Assembly: GCA_964443855.1 (NCBI GenBank)
Contig: CAYUEX010000015.1
Coordinates: forward strand, 1 to 21,854
Direction: 5' to 3'
DNA: 21,854 nucleotides
Origin: an uncultured Halobacteria archaeon
GTDB lineage: Archaea; Halobacteriota; Syntropharchaeia; Alkanophagales; Methanospirareceae
Part shown: positions 1 to 10,218 of the stretch, in pieces
Layout: each line of letters opens with the position of its first letter
How positions within the stretch are numbered: the first letter of the stretch is position 1
The notes under the pieces: generated by a model
Told to the model about the DNA's origin: nothing
Database searches by the model: none
The model's input: only the letters and a program-made list of their open reading frames with translations
Position numbers and translations under genes: made by a program

Positions 1-46
1 AAATTGTAGAGAGCGATACTTGTCTTAAAGGTCTTTCAGCCAGGTT

Positions 47-78
47 CTATAAAAACAAAAGGAGAGGGTTAATCCCTC

Positions 79-80
<2 letters not shown>
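47..80 (-). terminator. Hairpin followed by T-tract directly downstream of glnK
   Basis: Perfect 7-bp inverted repeat gagaggg (62-68) / ccctctc (74-80) with a 5-nt loop, overlapping the glnK TGA stop (79-81). On the minus strand it is followed by CTTTTGTTTTTAT (plus strand 49-61). Archaeal termination is oligo-T dependent. Confidence 0.4.
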
Positions 81-1838
<1,758 letters not shown>

Positions 1839-2000
1839 CTTGCCTTTTTATCTATTATTCTTACCTCCTACTCAGAAATTTACCAAATAACCGTTTATTA
1901 GACTATTTGAGACTTTAGCCTAAAAGTTAGGAAATACTCTGTAAACCTTTTTAAAAAGTTGCCTCTTTTATTAGTAATTATAGCTATATTTTATTAGATT
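1839..2000 (-). promoter_or_regulatory. AT-rich upstream region of amtB-glnK; promoter presumed, exact BRE/TATA not assignable
   Basis: About 380 bp AT-rich non-coding stretch between the amtB start and the upstream gene. Several TATA-like runs are present (rc of about 1950-1990: CTATAATTACTAATAAAAG). No Methanococcus-type NrpR operator (GGAA-N6-TTCC) found by eye. Confidence 0.2.
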
Positions 2001-2219
2001 ATTTGCGAATTAACCAGAAAAATTATGAAAAATTAAGAATTGGAATTTACGCATTTATTTAAAATACGAGCTCTCTGTTAGAGCGAACGTAGGTGTCTAA
2101 CTAAAAAATGATGGCAAAATAATATCTACTTACGATGCAAATGCTCCGTCGCACTCAGCAAACATTGCAATTATTTCCTGCATCCTTCTTGTGTTTCGCC
2201 AGCGAGCCATAAAAGGTAT

Positions 2220-3470
2220 CTAGAAATTAAATTTATTTTTCATTCGAAGATACAAGAAGCCAAATTGTTCAGCCATATCTGCGAAGGGCTGCCGGATTTT
2301 ACTATGATTCCACTCGTCAACAATCTTTTTTATTGAGGTTTCATTCTCACGTTCTAATTGCTCGAGCTGTTTCATAGGAATGATATTGGCGAATAGAAGG
2401 AGACGGAGTAAATGCTCCTTTGTAGCTGAGGACGTCCCTTGCTCATATAACAAGGGTATAAGCTGATCAGAGTCTAAAAAGAACGTTCCTAATTTATCCC
2501 GGACACGGTTTGGATACGTATTCAGCGAGCTTTTACCATGGATGAAATCAGAAGCGGTTTTCCCTGCCAGATCACCGCAAATTATTGTGGGTATGATACC
2601 CTCGACAAAGGGCTTAAAGTTCTGATTTGCGACATCTCCAACCAGCAATACATTCCCATAGACCCATTCATCCGTGAGATAACGTATTGGTGCCCAGCCA
2701 CTCTTATCTGCTATCACCGTTCCGTCAGTCAGTTGTGATTTCACCAAAGGGAGTTCCAAGAACTCTTCATAACAGCTCTTTACCCTCTTCTGTGGAACGA
2801 TCGTCCCAGTACCGACATTAGCCGTCGTTCTGGATTTCGGGAGAATATATGCGTAGACTCCCGGTGCGAAATCGCCTAGAAAAACTTGGAAACTATGAGG
2901 GTCACGCAAGCGCAGATTCGTCATCTCAAAGCTCAAGACCTTACCGCAGGTTGTTTTCTTATCGATTTTAAACCCTAACAGCTTTAACACAGTGGAATCC
3001 ACGCCATCTGCAGCAATTACCACGCGTGGTTTTATTTGCGTTTCGCCCTCAGGCGTTTTTACCGTTGCTCTGGTCACGGTGTAATCGTCTTTGACCTCTA
3101 AAGTAATGAGTTCTGTGTTTGTGAGCAATTGTGCACCTTTAATTTCAGCACTCTTTACTAACCACGTATCAAAATCGTTTCGGTTTATCATGTACGTGGT
3201 CCAGAGACTTCCGGTTCTCGCTACAGTGACTCCATTAGCCCACAAGGAAATTTCGTTGAGTTTCCAGATCAACTGTTCTTCAGGGATCTTGAAGGGTAGA
3301 AACGGAAAGAGATACGCACCAATGCCCTCACCGCATTGCACCGGTACACCGATCTCTCCCTTTTTGTCGATGAGTATCGTATGGGCGCCGGCCATAGCTG
3401 CTGCCCGTGCTGCAGTACTTCCTGCCGGTCCTGCCCCAATTACCAAGACATCACACGTAAGTGTCACCAT
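2220..3470 (-). CDS. Geranylgeranyl reductase family FAD-dependent oxidoreductase (digeranylgeranylglycerophospholipid reductase-like), 416 aa
   Basis: N-terminal Rossmann FAD motif DVLVIGAGPAGSTAARAAAMAGAHTILIDKKGEIGVPVQCGEGI, typical of archaeal GGR. Length and the downstream GD..N motif (LLVGDVANQ) are consistent. Confidence 0.78.
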   Translation of the reverse strand: MVTLTCDVLVIGAGPAGSTAARAAAMAGAHTILIDKKGEIGVPVQCGEGIGAYLFPFLPFKIPEEQLIWKLNEISLWANGVTVARTGSLWTTYMINRNDFDTWLVKSAEIKGAQLLTNTELITLEVKDDYTVTRATVKTPEGETQIKPRVVIAADGVDSTVLKLLGFKIDKKTTCGKVLSFEMTNLRLRDPHSFQVFLGDFAPGVYAYILPKSRTTANVGTGTIVPQKRVKSCYEEFLELPLVKSQLTDGTVIADKSGWAPIRYLTDEWVYGNVLLVGDVANQNFKPFVEGIIPTIICGDLAGKTASDFIHGKSSLNTYPNRVRDKLGTFFLDSDQLIPLLYEQGTSSATKEHLLRLLLFANIIPMKQLEQLERENETSIKKIVDEWNHSKIRQPFADMAEQFGFLYLRMKNKFNF

Positions 3471-3707
3471 ACTTCTTTATCGATCCGTTTAGGCGTGCGA
3501 TTGAAAACCGCAATAAATTTATTAAATATGCACCGTCATTTAACTAAATTCGTTGCATCTATTCCTTTTTTATTTGTTTTGTCTTCTGTATCTTCTTTGG
3601 GAGTATTTTCAGCAGAGTATTTTAAATTTTTTACCAACTATCGATTCTTAAATGAAAACAACCGAATATTATTTATATATATGCAACTTTAAGATTTGCA
3701 GTGAAAA
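3471..3707. promoter_or_regulatory. Divergent AT-rich promoter region (GGR leftward, kaiC-like rightward)
   Basis: 237 bp AT-rich. TATA-like TTTATATATAT at about 3671-3682 sits about 26-37 nt upstream of the ATG at 3708, consistent with an archaeal short-leader or leaderless transcript. Confidence 0.3.
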
Positions 3708-4415
3708 ATGGAAAGAATAAAAACTCATGTTAAAAAGCTAGATGAACAGTTAGAAGGCGGCATACCAAAAGGCACTGTTTCGTTAATCGGTGGAACTCCT
3801 GGTTGTATGAAAAGTACTCTTGCGTATAGTATCCTGTATAATAACGCAGTGAAGGCTAACTTGAAGGGGCTGTATATAACGTTTGAGCAAGAGAAAGATA
3901 GTCTGAAGGAGCAGATGCAGACGCTGGGAATGACAGAAGAAAGTGACAACTTAGGTATTGTGGATCATAGCATGATTGATAAGGAAGTTGAGGTGGATAT
4001 GAGATTTGAAATTAATTCGATACGGAAGGCCAAAAGTTATTTAGATGATATTGTGAAGGAAGAGGATCTTGATTTATTGGTAATAGATCCTCTTAATGCA
4101 TTGTACACCTTAACGACCATTAAAAACCCACGGCGAGAAATATATCGCTTCTTTACAGAGCTACGACAAATGGGATTAACGAGTTTTATTATTTCTGAAA
4201 TCCATCAAGGCGATAACAGGTTTAGTAAATACGGGGTTGAAGACTTTCTTGCAGATGCGATCATACATTTAGACTGCAGGAGAGAGAAAGATATGCTAGA
4301 ACGGTACATTGGGGTTATAAAAATGCGATATACCAATCATAACCTCCAATATTTCCCGCTATTTTATAATAACAATGGCTTTAACATCTTCACCAAAGAG
4401 GAAATGGAATTGTAA
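3708..4415 (+). CDS. Single-domain KaiC-like RecA-superfamily ATPase (KaiC/RadA-like), 235 aa, with degenerate P-loop
   Basis: LDEQLEGGIPKGTVSLIGGTPGCMKSTLA resembles the KaiC N-terminus. Catalytic-Glu region YITFEQEKDSL matches the KaiC FEE motif. Walker B LDLLVIDPLNAL. The Walker A is G-T-P-G-C-M-K-S, so the conserved Gly preceding Lys is replaced by Met. Confidence 0.7.
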   Translation: MERIKTHVKKLDEQLEGGIPKGTVSLIGGTPGCMKSTLAYSILYNNAVKANLKGLYITFEQEKDSLKEQMQTLGMTEESDNLGIVDHSMIDKEVEVDMRFEINSIRKAKSYLDDIVKEEDLDLLVIDPLNALYTLTTIKNPRREIYRFFTELRQMGLTSFIISEIHQGDNRFSKYGVEDFLADAIIHLDCRREKDMLERYIGVIKMRYTNHNLQYFPLFYNNNGFNIFTKEEMEL

Positions 4416-4497
4416 GATGAGGGAGTAGCCTCTGAATCAGTATTGTTGGACTGAAAGAGCATTCTTTAAGTAAGATTCTAACGAATGCAGAACCGAA

Positions 4498-5223
4498 ATG
4501 TGGGACGTTTGCTTTTACCTCTTGATCGGTTTACTTGTCTTTTTTGGGTTTACGGTGCGGGTTATTACGGGCTTCGGTTCTACAATGATTTTGGCACCCA
4601 TAATTGCTCTCTTTTTAGAGCCAAAATATACGGTTGTTTTTGTTATACTCTTAGAAAGCGCCATGGGCGTGCTTTTTATCGTTAAAGAGAAGCTTCGTTT
4701 TGACGTTAAGCCGATTTTTGTTGGAGGATTTTTTGGAATAATTGCAGGAATAGTTCTGTTCGGGTTATTATCGCAACGACTGGTGGGGTTAATCATCGGG
4801 GTAAGTGTACTGACGTTTTCCGTTCTCTTTCTCTTGAATATAACCTTCAGAACCGAAAAGGAGGGGCTCTTTTTCACGACGCTTGGTTTTTTAAGCGGTT
4901 CGATGGGTGTTTTGACCGGAATAAATGGGCCGCAAATCGTTTTAGGCTTGGTAAATCAGGGTTGCGACAGCAATTTCATAAGACAGAGCATGATCACCTA
5001 TTTAATTTTGATAGATTTCGTGACGTTGGCCTCTTTTTCCATTTTGGGGTATGTAACCGCGAATGTATTAAGACTCCTCGTGTATTCTATTCCGTTCCTC
5101 ATTTGCTCGTATGTTGTTGGCACGCATGTGTTGAGGTTCATAAATCCTGAGAAATTAAAACGGCTGATGCTCATTACAACGCTCTTCGCGGGACTCCTTG
5201 CGATTTGGAATTTTATCCCGTGA
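4498..5223 (+). CDS. TSUP (TauE/SafE, DUF81) family membrane permease, 241 aa
   Basis: Highly hydrophobic, about 8 TM helices. Two internal repeats each carry the TSUP glycine motif followed by Pro (ITGFGSTMILAPII and FLSGSMGVLTGINGPQIVLGL). Confidence 0.55.
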   Translation: MWDVCFYLLIGLLVFFGFTVRVITGFGSTMILAPIIALFLEPKYTVVFVILLESAMGVLFIVKEKLRFDVKPIFVGGFFGIIAGIVLFGLLSQRLVGLIIGVSVLTFSVLFLLNITFRTEKEGLFFTTLGFLSGSMGVLTGINGPQIVLGLVNQGCDSNFIRQSMITYLILIDFVTLASFSILGYVTANVLRLLVYSIPFLICSYVVGTHVLRFINPEKLKRLMLITTLFAGLLAIWNFIP

Positions 5224-5436
5224 TGGCATGAGGATTCTTGATAGAGCACCACTGGGAACAGGAGCGTCTAATTATAACGAGCGGAGAATACGAAAGATGA
5301 CGGCGATGAGATTGCATCCCCTATCTGAATGAATAGTTACCGTTTTTATTTTAGGAGATCGGAAGAGAATTCTTGATTATTCTGCAGTTGACTTGCACTA
5401 AAGATATAACTTCTTATGGAGTTTCAAAAGATGTAG

Positions 5437-5793
5437 ATGACAAGAAAAGGACTCGTGGCAGTCGTTAGCACTATTTTGATTGCAGGAATTTTATGGAATT
5501 TTGGTTTTCGTTATATTCTACCCTACCCTCTACCACTCTACCTAGGCTGGTTGATTGCCAATGGGATTTTCTCTTTCGTAGTTTATGGCTACGACAAATT
5601 CAAGGCCATACGGGGTGGTTATCGAGTACCCGAGAACCTATTGCATTTGCTGGCACTTTCTGGAGGTTTCTTAGGCTGCGCTCTGGGCATGGCATTGTTC
5701 CGCCATAAGATAAGGAAGACACCGTTCAAGGTTATAATTTTTTTAGCATTTTCGATACATGGCCTCATTTTCCTTTCTCTTCTACCGCTTTAG
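5437..5793 (+). CDS. DUF1294 family small membrane protein, 118 aa
   Basis: Strong match to the DUF1294 core: YGYDKFKAIRGGYRVPENLLHLLALSGGFLGCALGMALFRHKIRKTPFK. Confidence 0.7.
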   Translation: MTRKGLVAVVSTILIAGILWNFGFRYILPYPLPLYLGWLIANGIFSFVVYGYDKFKAIRGGYRVPENLLHLLALSGGFLGCALGMALFRHKIRKTPFKVIIFLAFSIHGLIFLSLLPL

Positions 5794-6025
5794 ACGTGGC
5801 ACCTAAGAAGAGCGTTTTAACTGCGTGTGTGCCTGATACTCCTTTTCGAAAAGCCGATCTCTAAACCAGACACTCAGCGATTTAGAGAAGCGAACGTGAG
5901 CACAGGTTGTTACTGATTTTCTGTAACGGTGTTGATTTTGACTCCTGTAATCTGTAAAAGCTCTTATAAGGATTGATTAGCTAAAATAAACCCATAGCAA
6001 AGCGTAAGGGGGTGCTTACCGAACT

Positions 6026-6319
6026 ATGAAAAAAGTGAAAGAAAAAGTCATCCTTTGGCACGATGCTCATGTAACGAAAAAACGACTCATTTCAGAACAC
6101 GAGAAAAGTGAACCGCTTTCATGGGCTTTTAAAAAGTCATATACGCGGTTAAAGGAACTCGTTGGCTTCACCGGTAAGAAGATACTGTATGATGCAGTCG
6201 ACCTCATCAAGGATAGTTCCAATGCACTCTTTCTGCTCAATCCTACATCCTTCTGCTATTTGGCCGTGCTCTGTGCCAATTGGATTGTCTTCTTTGTCAT
6301 GTATGAAAACCACAAATAG
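6026..6319 (+). CDS. Hypothetical protein, 97 aa; N-terminal paralog of the 6541 gene with a divergent hydrophobic C-terminus
   Basis: Shares M-K-KEK---D--V-K-RL-S------LS---KKSYT-LKE------K----D-V--IKD--NAL with the 6541..7038 product. The C-terminal 20 aa are hydrophobic and unrelated. RBS-like TAAGGGGGTG lies 12 nt upstream. Confidence 0.4.
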   Translation: MKKVKEKVILWHDAHVTKKRLISEHEKSEPLSWAFKKSYTRLKELVGFTGKKILYDAVDLIKDSSNALFLLNPTSFCYLAVLCANWIVFFVMYENHK

Positions 6320-6540
6320 CTGTAAGGGATGATAATTGCCCGAAATCCGTTTTTTGCAGCACGCTGTTGAGATTGCTTTTCCGGATGAATTAAAGCTGTT
6401 TCTCAATGCTTACTTTTGATGAAAGGTACAGTTTTTTTGTAATAGTTTAAATGTACGCCCCAAATTTTTGTAATAACTGTTAAAAGGATTGTGACCTTAA
6501 CCTATCCTTAGCAGAAAGGCGAAAGAGGTGAAACAAGAAT

Positions 6541-7038
6541 ATGGAAAAATTGAAGGAGAAAATACTTCCTGGTTACGACTATCGAGTGAAGAAGAACAGA
6601 CTAAATTCAGACCGTGCGGTACGAGATAAACTTTCACGTGAGTTGAAGAAGTCGTATACGACGTTGAAAGAGGTCAGTGACTTAGCCTATAAAGATGACA
6701 GGCGTGATGTGGTAGAGCATATCAAGGACCTTCTCAATGCACTCGATCTGTTCAGAGCTGAGATCGAGAATGCCTCTTATGGCTTATCGCCATTATTCAA
6801 GCAGGAAAAGGTCTCGGATGAGGCAGTGGATCGGATGGTGGCATTCGATAGCGCGCTTGTGGACGAATTAGAAGTAATAACGAAGGCAACGGACCTCGTG
6901 TATGACCATGTGCTCAAGGGCGAGACAGCGGACATTATTTTACAGGTACGAACAGTGAAGCGAAGCGTTGATAACTTAAAGAACGTCTTCTCGGACCGAG
7001 CGGACTTCTTGCAAAAGGATCCGACGGAGGGGGTGTAG
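6541..7038 (+). CDS. Hypothetical protein, 165 aa (paralog of the 6026 gene); first gene of a two-gene operon
   Basis: AGAGGTG RBS 10 nt upstream. The stop is 5 nt before the next ATG (7044), where GGAGGGGG acts as an internal RBS. No recognisable domain. Confidence 0.5.
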   Translation: MEKLKEKILPGYDYRVKKNRLNSDRAVRDKLSRELKKSYTTLKEVSDLAYKDDRRDVVEHIKDLLNALDLFRAEIENASYGLSPLFKQEKVSDEAVDRMVAFDSALVDELEVITKATDLVYDHVLKGETADIILQVRTVKRSVDNLKNVFSDRADFLQKDPTEGV

Positions 7039-7043
7039 CTCAA

Positions 7044-8261
7044 ATGAATAAAGAACCCACGTTTTTCAAGGATAGCGGTGCGATGGGCGATGTGCTGGGC
7101 GAAGCGCAGAAACTGATAGACGAAGCTAAAAAAGAGGCACAAGCGCTTGAAGAGGAGCTAAAAGCGCAGCAAGAGTCAGTTGACGAATACCGTGAGCAGG
7201 TTGAAAAGACACGATACCAACAGGTGATCAGGGAATTGATCGGTGAGGGTGTTGAAGATGTTAAAGGTGTTGTTGCAGGCATGGTGACTGAATGGAAGGA
7301 GAAAAAATTGCAGATGAAGCAGCGTGAAGACGAACTGACCATGCAGCAGCAAGCGCTTCTGGAACGGGAACAGAAACTCGAGGGCAGGATACAGGAATTT
7401 GAAACTGAGCAACAGGAACGTATGCGAGCCGAAATGCAGAACATCGCGCAACTATCAGCGAATGTGAAAGTGCAGATGGACGAGTTAGCGAAAACGAAGA
7501 ATACGATTGACCGCATTTTGACGGAAGACGAAGCGACGATACGAGATAAGGTGCTCACCGAAGAGGATGTCAAGTTCTTACGATTGAATTATTACTCCTT
7601 GCTGCAGTCACGGCTTGCGAATCAGGGTGTAATCAATCCATTAACGGGAGAGAGATACAGTACCGATGCCTGGAAGATAAGGACAACGAACGAGGAACTC
7701 ACCGCGAAAGTGACCAAAGGGGTACTCCCGAAACATACCGCTGTGGGATTCGAGGTTAAATTCATCGTGCCTGACGCTGAGGAAGGTTACATTTACCAGA
7801 AATTAGGAAAAGAGGTCGCTGACGTAATTACCGAGTTTATACAAACAGAAACGAAGGATACGAAAGCATTTGAAGCATTGGTGCTCGTGTCGCCCACCGG
7901 CTGGACTGACTGGGCTATTGAGAAGGTGGAAACAATCCTGAACATGACGAAGAGCGTGTATCTCGTTGATTTGAGCGAGCGAACGATATTCTCCAATGAA
8001 GGCGATAAGAAGACGAAACAGATTGCCGAGTGGTTCGTTCCCGTGCCAATAGAGGAGGAAATTGCTGCGATGGTTACCACGCTTACCAAAGAGATTGAGG
8101 AATCGGGCGCGCCGCAGTTCCGTGCTGATAAAGTGTGTGAGAAATATCAGGTCCCGCGCAGAATAGTGATGGGTGCCTTCAAGGACATGGTAGAAGAAGG
8201 GAAAGGAGAGCTTATCGCGCCGGAAGAAGGTGCGAAGGATAGTATATTGTTGGTGAGATGA
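7044..8261 (+). CDS. Coiled-coil protein with uncharacterised C-terminal globular domain, 405 aa
   Basis: Residues about 15-160 are heptad-like and E/K/Q-rich (EAKKEAQALEEELKAQQESVDEYREQVEK...EREQKLEGRIQEFETEQQERMRAEMQ). The C-terminal 240 aa are non-repetitive. Good RBS. Many long antisense ORFs in this region are low-complexity and rejected. Confidence 0.6.
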   Translation: MNKEPTFFKDSGAMGDVLGEAQKLIDEAKKEAQALEEELKAQQESVDEYREQVEKTRYQQVIRELIGEGVEDVKGVVAGMVTEWKEKKLQMKQREDELTMQQQALLEREQKLEGRIQEFETEQQERMRAEMQNIAQLSANVKVQMDELAKTKNTIDRILTEDEATIRDKVLTEEDVKFLRLNYYSLLQSRLANQGVINPLTGERYSTDAWKIRTTNEELTAKVTKGVLPKHTAVGFEVKFIVPDAEEGYIYQKLGKEVADVITEFIQTETKDTKAFEALVLVSPTGWTDWAIEKVETILNMTKSVYLVDLSERTIFSNEGDKKTKQIAEWFVPVPIEEEIAAMVTTLTKEIEESGAPQFRADKVCEKYQVPRRIVMGAFKDMVEEGKGELIAPEEGAKDSILLVR

Positions 8262-8456
8262 GCAGAAGGTTACCGTGATTAGGATCTTTAATCTGGCGTT
8301 GGAGAGGTAATGGGGCTCAAAGTAAAATACTGAATGCATCGTGAAGATCGTAAACTATATGGGGAATAATTGTCCCCATATTTATTCTCTTAAGGAAAAA
8401 AAAGAGCGGTAAAATGTTTGAAGCTACGTCGAATTTGAAAAGGGGAGGCGATATCG

Positions 8457-9992
8457 ATGGCTAAAACGAGTTTTGCCCTTGTAATTGTGGTAATACTCTT
8501 GGCAGTGATACCTATAGGTTTAGTTTATGTCACATCTCCAACGCCATCAGCACCAGCTCAAATAGCTCTACGAGCCCACAACTGGCAATATCTCTGCGCA
8601 GAGGGGGGAGGTGGTTGGGCAGTTACTGCCACCACAACTGCTGATGGCTATCTGTATACCCTTTCTGGTGGTCCTTCTCCAGAAACACCGCTCGTTGTTG
8701 ATGACGATTTAGAAGTATTAGTAAATGGAAAGACTGTTTTCCTCGATAATGATAATGTCTCTACGAGAGATGGTCGAACAATCTGGAATGGTGCTCCCAT
8801 AACCTTCGTTGCATCCTCTGGTGATGCACTCAGAATAAGAGCGACTAATCCCGGAGGAGTGGATAGTGAATTGTCACCATTGTATCTTCATGTGAATGCG
8901 CAGTTCGTAAAATTGAGTGACGGTGTGCCAAAGACACCCAGTGACGTTTTTGTATTCTTTGATGAAACTTTCAACATTTCAATACCTTCGGAGATAGCCA
9001 TTACCGCGCCGAAAGAAGGCCAGGAGATTACATGGTCTTCGGAGGGTTTTTTGGCTAAAGGGACTTGTTCCGGGTTGGGAGGAGGATTAAACATATATTT
9101 GATCGTTCATCCTCTGACAACTGACCAATGGCGGGTCCAGAATGCTCCTCATATAACCGAAGAAGGAACGTGGGAGGCGACCGTTTATTTTGGAACAAAA
9201 GATCTTGGAGCTGGCGAGGATTACGAGCTTTATGCCATAATAACCGAGAAAACCTTTGAAAAAGGATTAATCGAGAGTTTTCCACCTTATGTTGCGAAGT
9301 CTGCAGTACGAGTAAGGCGAATTGCTGTTTCGCCTCTTCTTCAACAAAAATGGTGCTATATTTTTATCACTGCTCTAATCATTCTACTGGTGGTACTTTT
9401 CGCTCATAGATCCAGAAAAAAGAGAGCAAAGTTATCGGAGAACGTTACGGGAACAACGGAGATGAAAAGCCCAAAATTTGAGATCAATATCACCACAGAT
9501 ACCGGATTTAAGGTTGGTATGTGGGAACAACTACATGTAACCGCTAAGAACGTCGGTAAAGGCAGTGCAAGGAATGTTTTGTTAACGCTTTCGGGCCCTT
9601 TAGAGATTGGCGGTGTGAAAACGATACCAACGCTTGACCCCAAAGCAAAAGCAGAGGTGACTGTGGGAATCAAACCCAAAGAACAGGGTAAACTACCTCT
9701 TGAGATTTGCGTAGCCTATACTGATGAAACGGGTAGAGCATCTAAAATCAAAGAAGTTAAATATATAAACGTCGCAAAGGATGATGAAAAGGTCTCAGAG
9801 CAACCAGTGACTATTCATATAGACAATATTGGCGAGATTATAGGTTCGGGAGCAACCAAGACCGGTGATATTGGGATATTGAAAGGCAGCATCGGTGCAA
9901 CCAATAAGCCTTCTAAAAAATGCCCGAATTGCGGAAAAGACGTATCTGGAGATGAAAAGTTCTGTCCGGAGTGTGGAGAGCAACTGAAATAA
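8457..9992 (+). CDS. Membrane protein: N-terminal signal-anchor, about 270-aa ectodomain, second TM, cytoplasmic CARDB-like beta-sandwich, C-terminal zinc ribbon; 511 aa (paralog family member 1, most divergent)
   Basis: GGGGAGG RBS 7 nt upstream. TM1 FALVIVVILLAVIPIGLVYV. TM2 WCYIFITALIILLVVLFAHRSRKKRAK (positive-inside). CARDB-like pattern LHVTAKNVGKGSARNVLLTLSGPLEIGG...LDPKAKAEVTVGIKP..GKLPLEICVAYTDETG. Ends KKCPNCGKDVSGDEKFCPECGEQLK. Confidence 0.7.
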   Translation: MAKTSFALVIVVILLAVIPIGLVYVTSPTPSAPAQIALRAHNWQYLCAEGGGGWAVTATTTADGYLYTLSGGPSPETPLVVDDDLEVLVNGKTVFLDNDNVSTRDGRTIWNGAPITFVASSGDALRIRATNPGGVDSELSPLYLHVNAQFVKLSDGVPKTPSDVFVFFDETFNISIPSEIAITAPKEGQEITWSSEGFLAKGTCSGLGGGLNIYLIVHPLTTDQWRVQNAPHITEEGTWEATVYFGTKDLGAGEDYELYAIITEKTFEKGLIESFPPYVAKSAVRVRRIAVSPLLQQKWCYIFITALIILLVVLFAHRSRKKRAKLSENVTGTTEMKSPKFEINITTDTGFKVGMWEQLHVTAKNVGKGSARNVLLTLSGPLEIGGVKTIPTLDPKAKAEVTVGIKPKEQGKLPLEICVAYTDETGRASKIKEVKYINVAKDDEKVSEQPVTIHIDNIGEIIGSGATKTGDIGILKGSIGATNKPSKKCPNCGKDVSGDEKFCPECGEQLK

Positions 9993-10160
9993 TTGCTCAG
10001 TTCATTTCAAACGAGTTGTTTTCGAAAAAGAAAGCATCACGTGTCAATTATTTTAAAATTTTCAAATGTATCGTCAACAAACTGCAATTATTTGTCAAAA
10101 AAGTTCGAATTCACAAAAACATTTTATCTGTGTTTGTATGTCAGATTAGCAGAAGTTACA

Positions 10161-10185
10161 CAATAGAACGGCTACAATTCTATTG
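10161..10185 (+). other. 8-bp perfect inverted repeat (caatagaa-N9-ttctattg) 34 nt upstream of the 10219 start
   Basis: Read directly: 10161-10168 caatagaa; 10178-10185 ttctattg. Could be an operator or a 5' leader hairpin. Confidence 0.3.
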
Positions 10186-10218
10186 TTTGCAAGCGGCCGA
10201 ACATAAGAGAGAAGGGAA

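Noticed and set aside
1929-2050. GGAA motifs checked as a possible NrpR operator (GGAA-N6-TTCC) upstream of amtB
   Set aside because: Neither GGAA at 1929 nor at 2042 is followed by TTCC at the required spacing; no palindromic partner.
4485-4685. 66-aa ORF starting 13 nt upstream of the TSUP permease start in another frame
   Set aside because: Overlaps the hydrophobic permease reading frame, which has the internally repeated TSUP motifs. Cys/Tyr/Arg-rich nonsense-like translation.
5794-6025. Short repeats gattttNNNgtaa in the 5794-6025 spacer, considered as an sRNA or regulatory repeat
   Set aside because: Only two imperfect copies in AT-rich DNA. Indistinguishable from chance without comparative data.
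7040-8339. Minus-strand ORFs of 177 aa, 178 aa and 98 aa
   Set aside because: Antisense to the coiled-coil protein gene. Ser/Cys/Leu-rich low-complexity translations, typical of the mirror frame of E/K-rich coding sequence.
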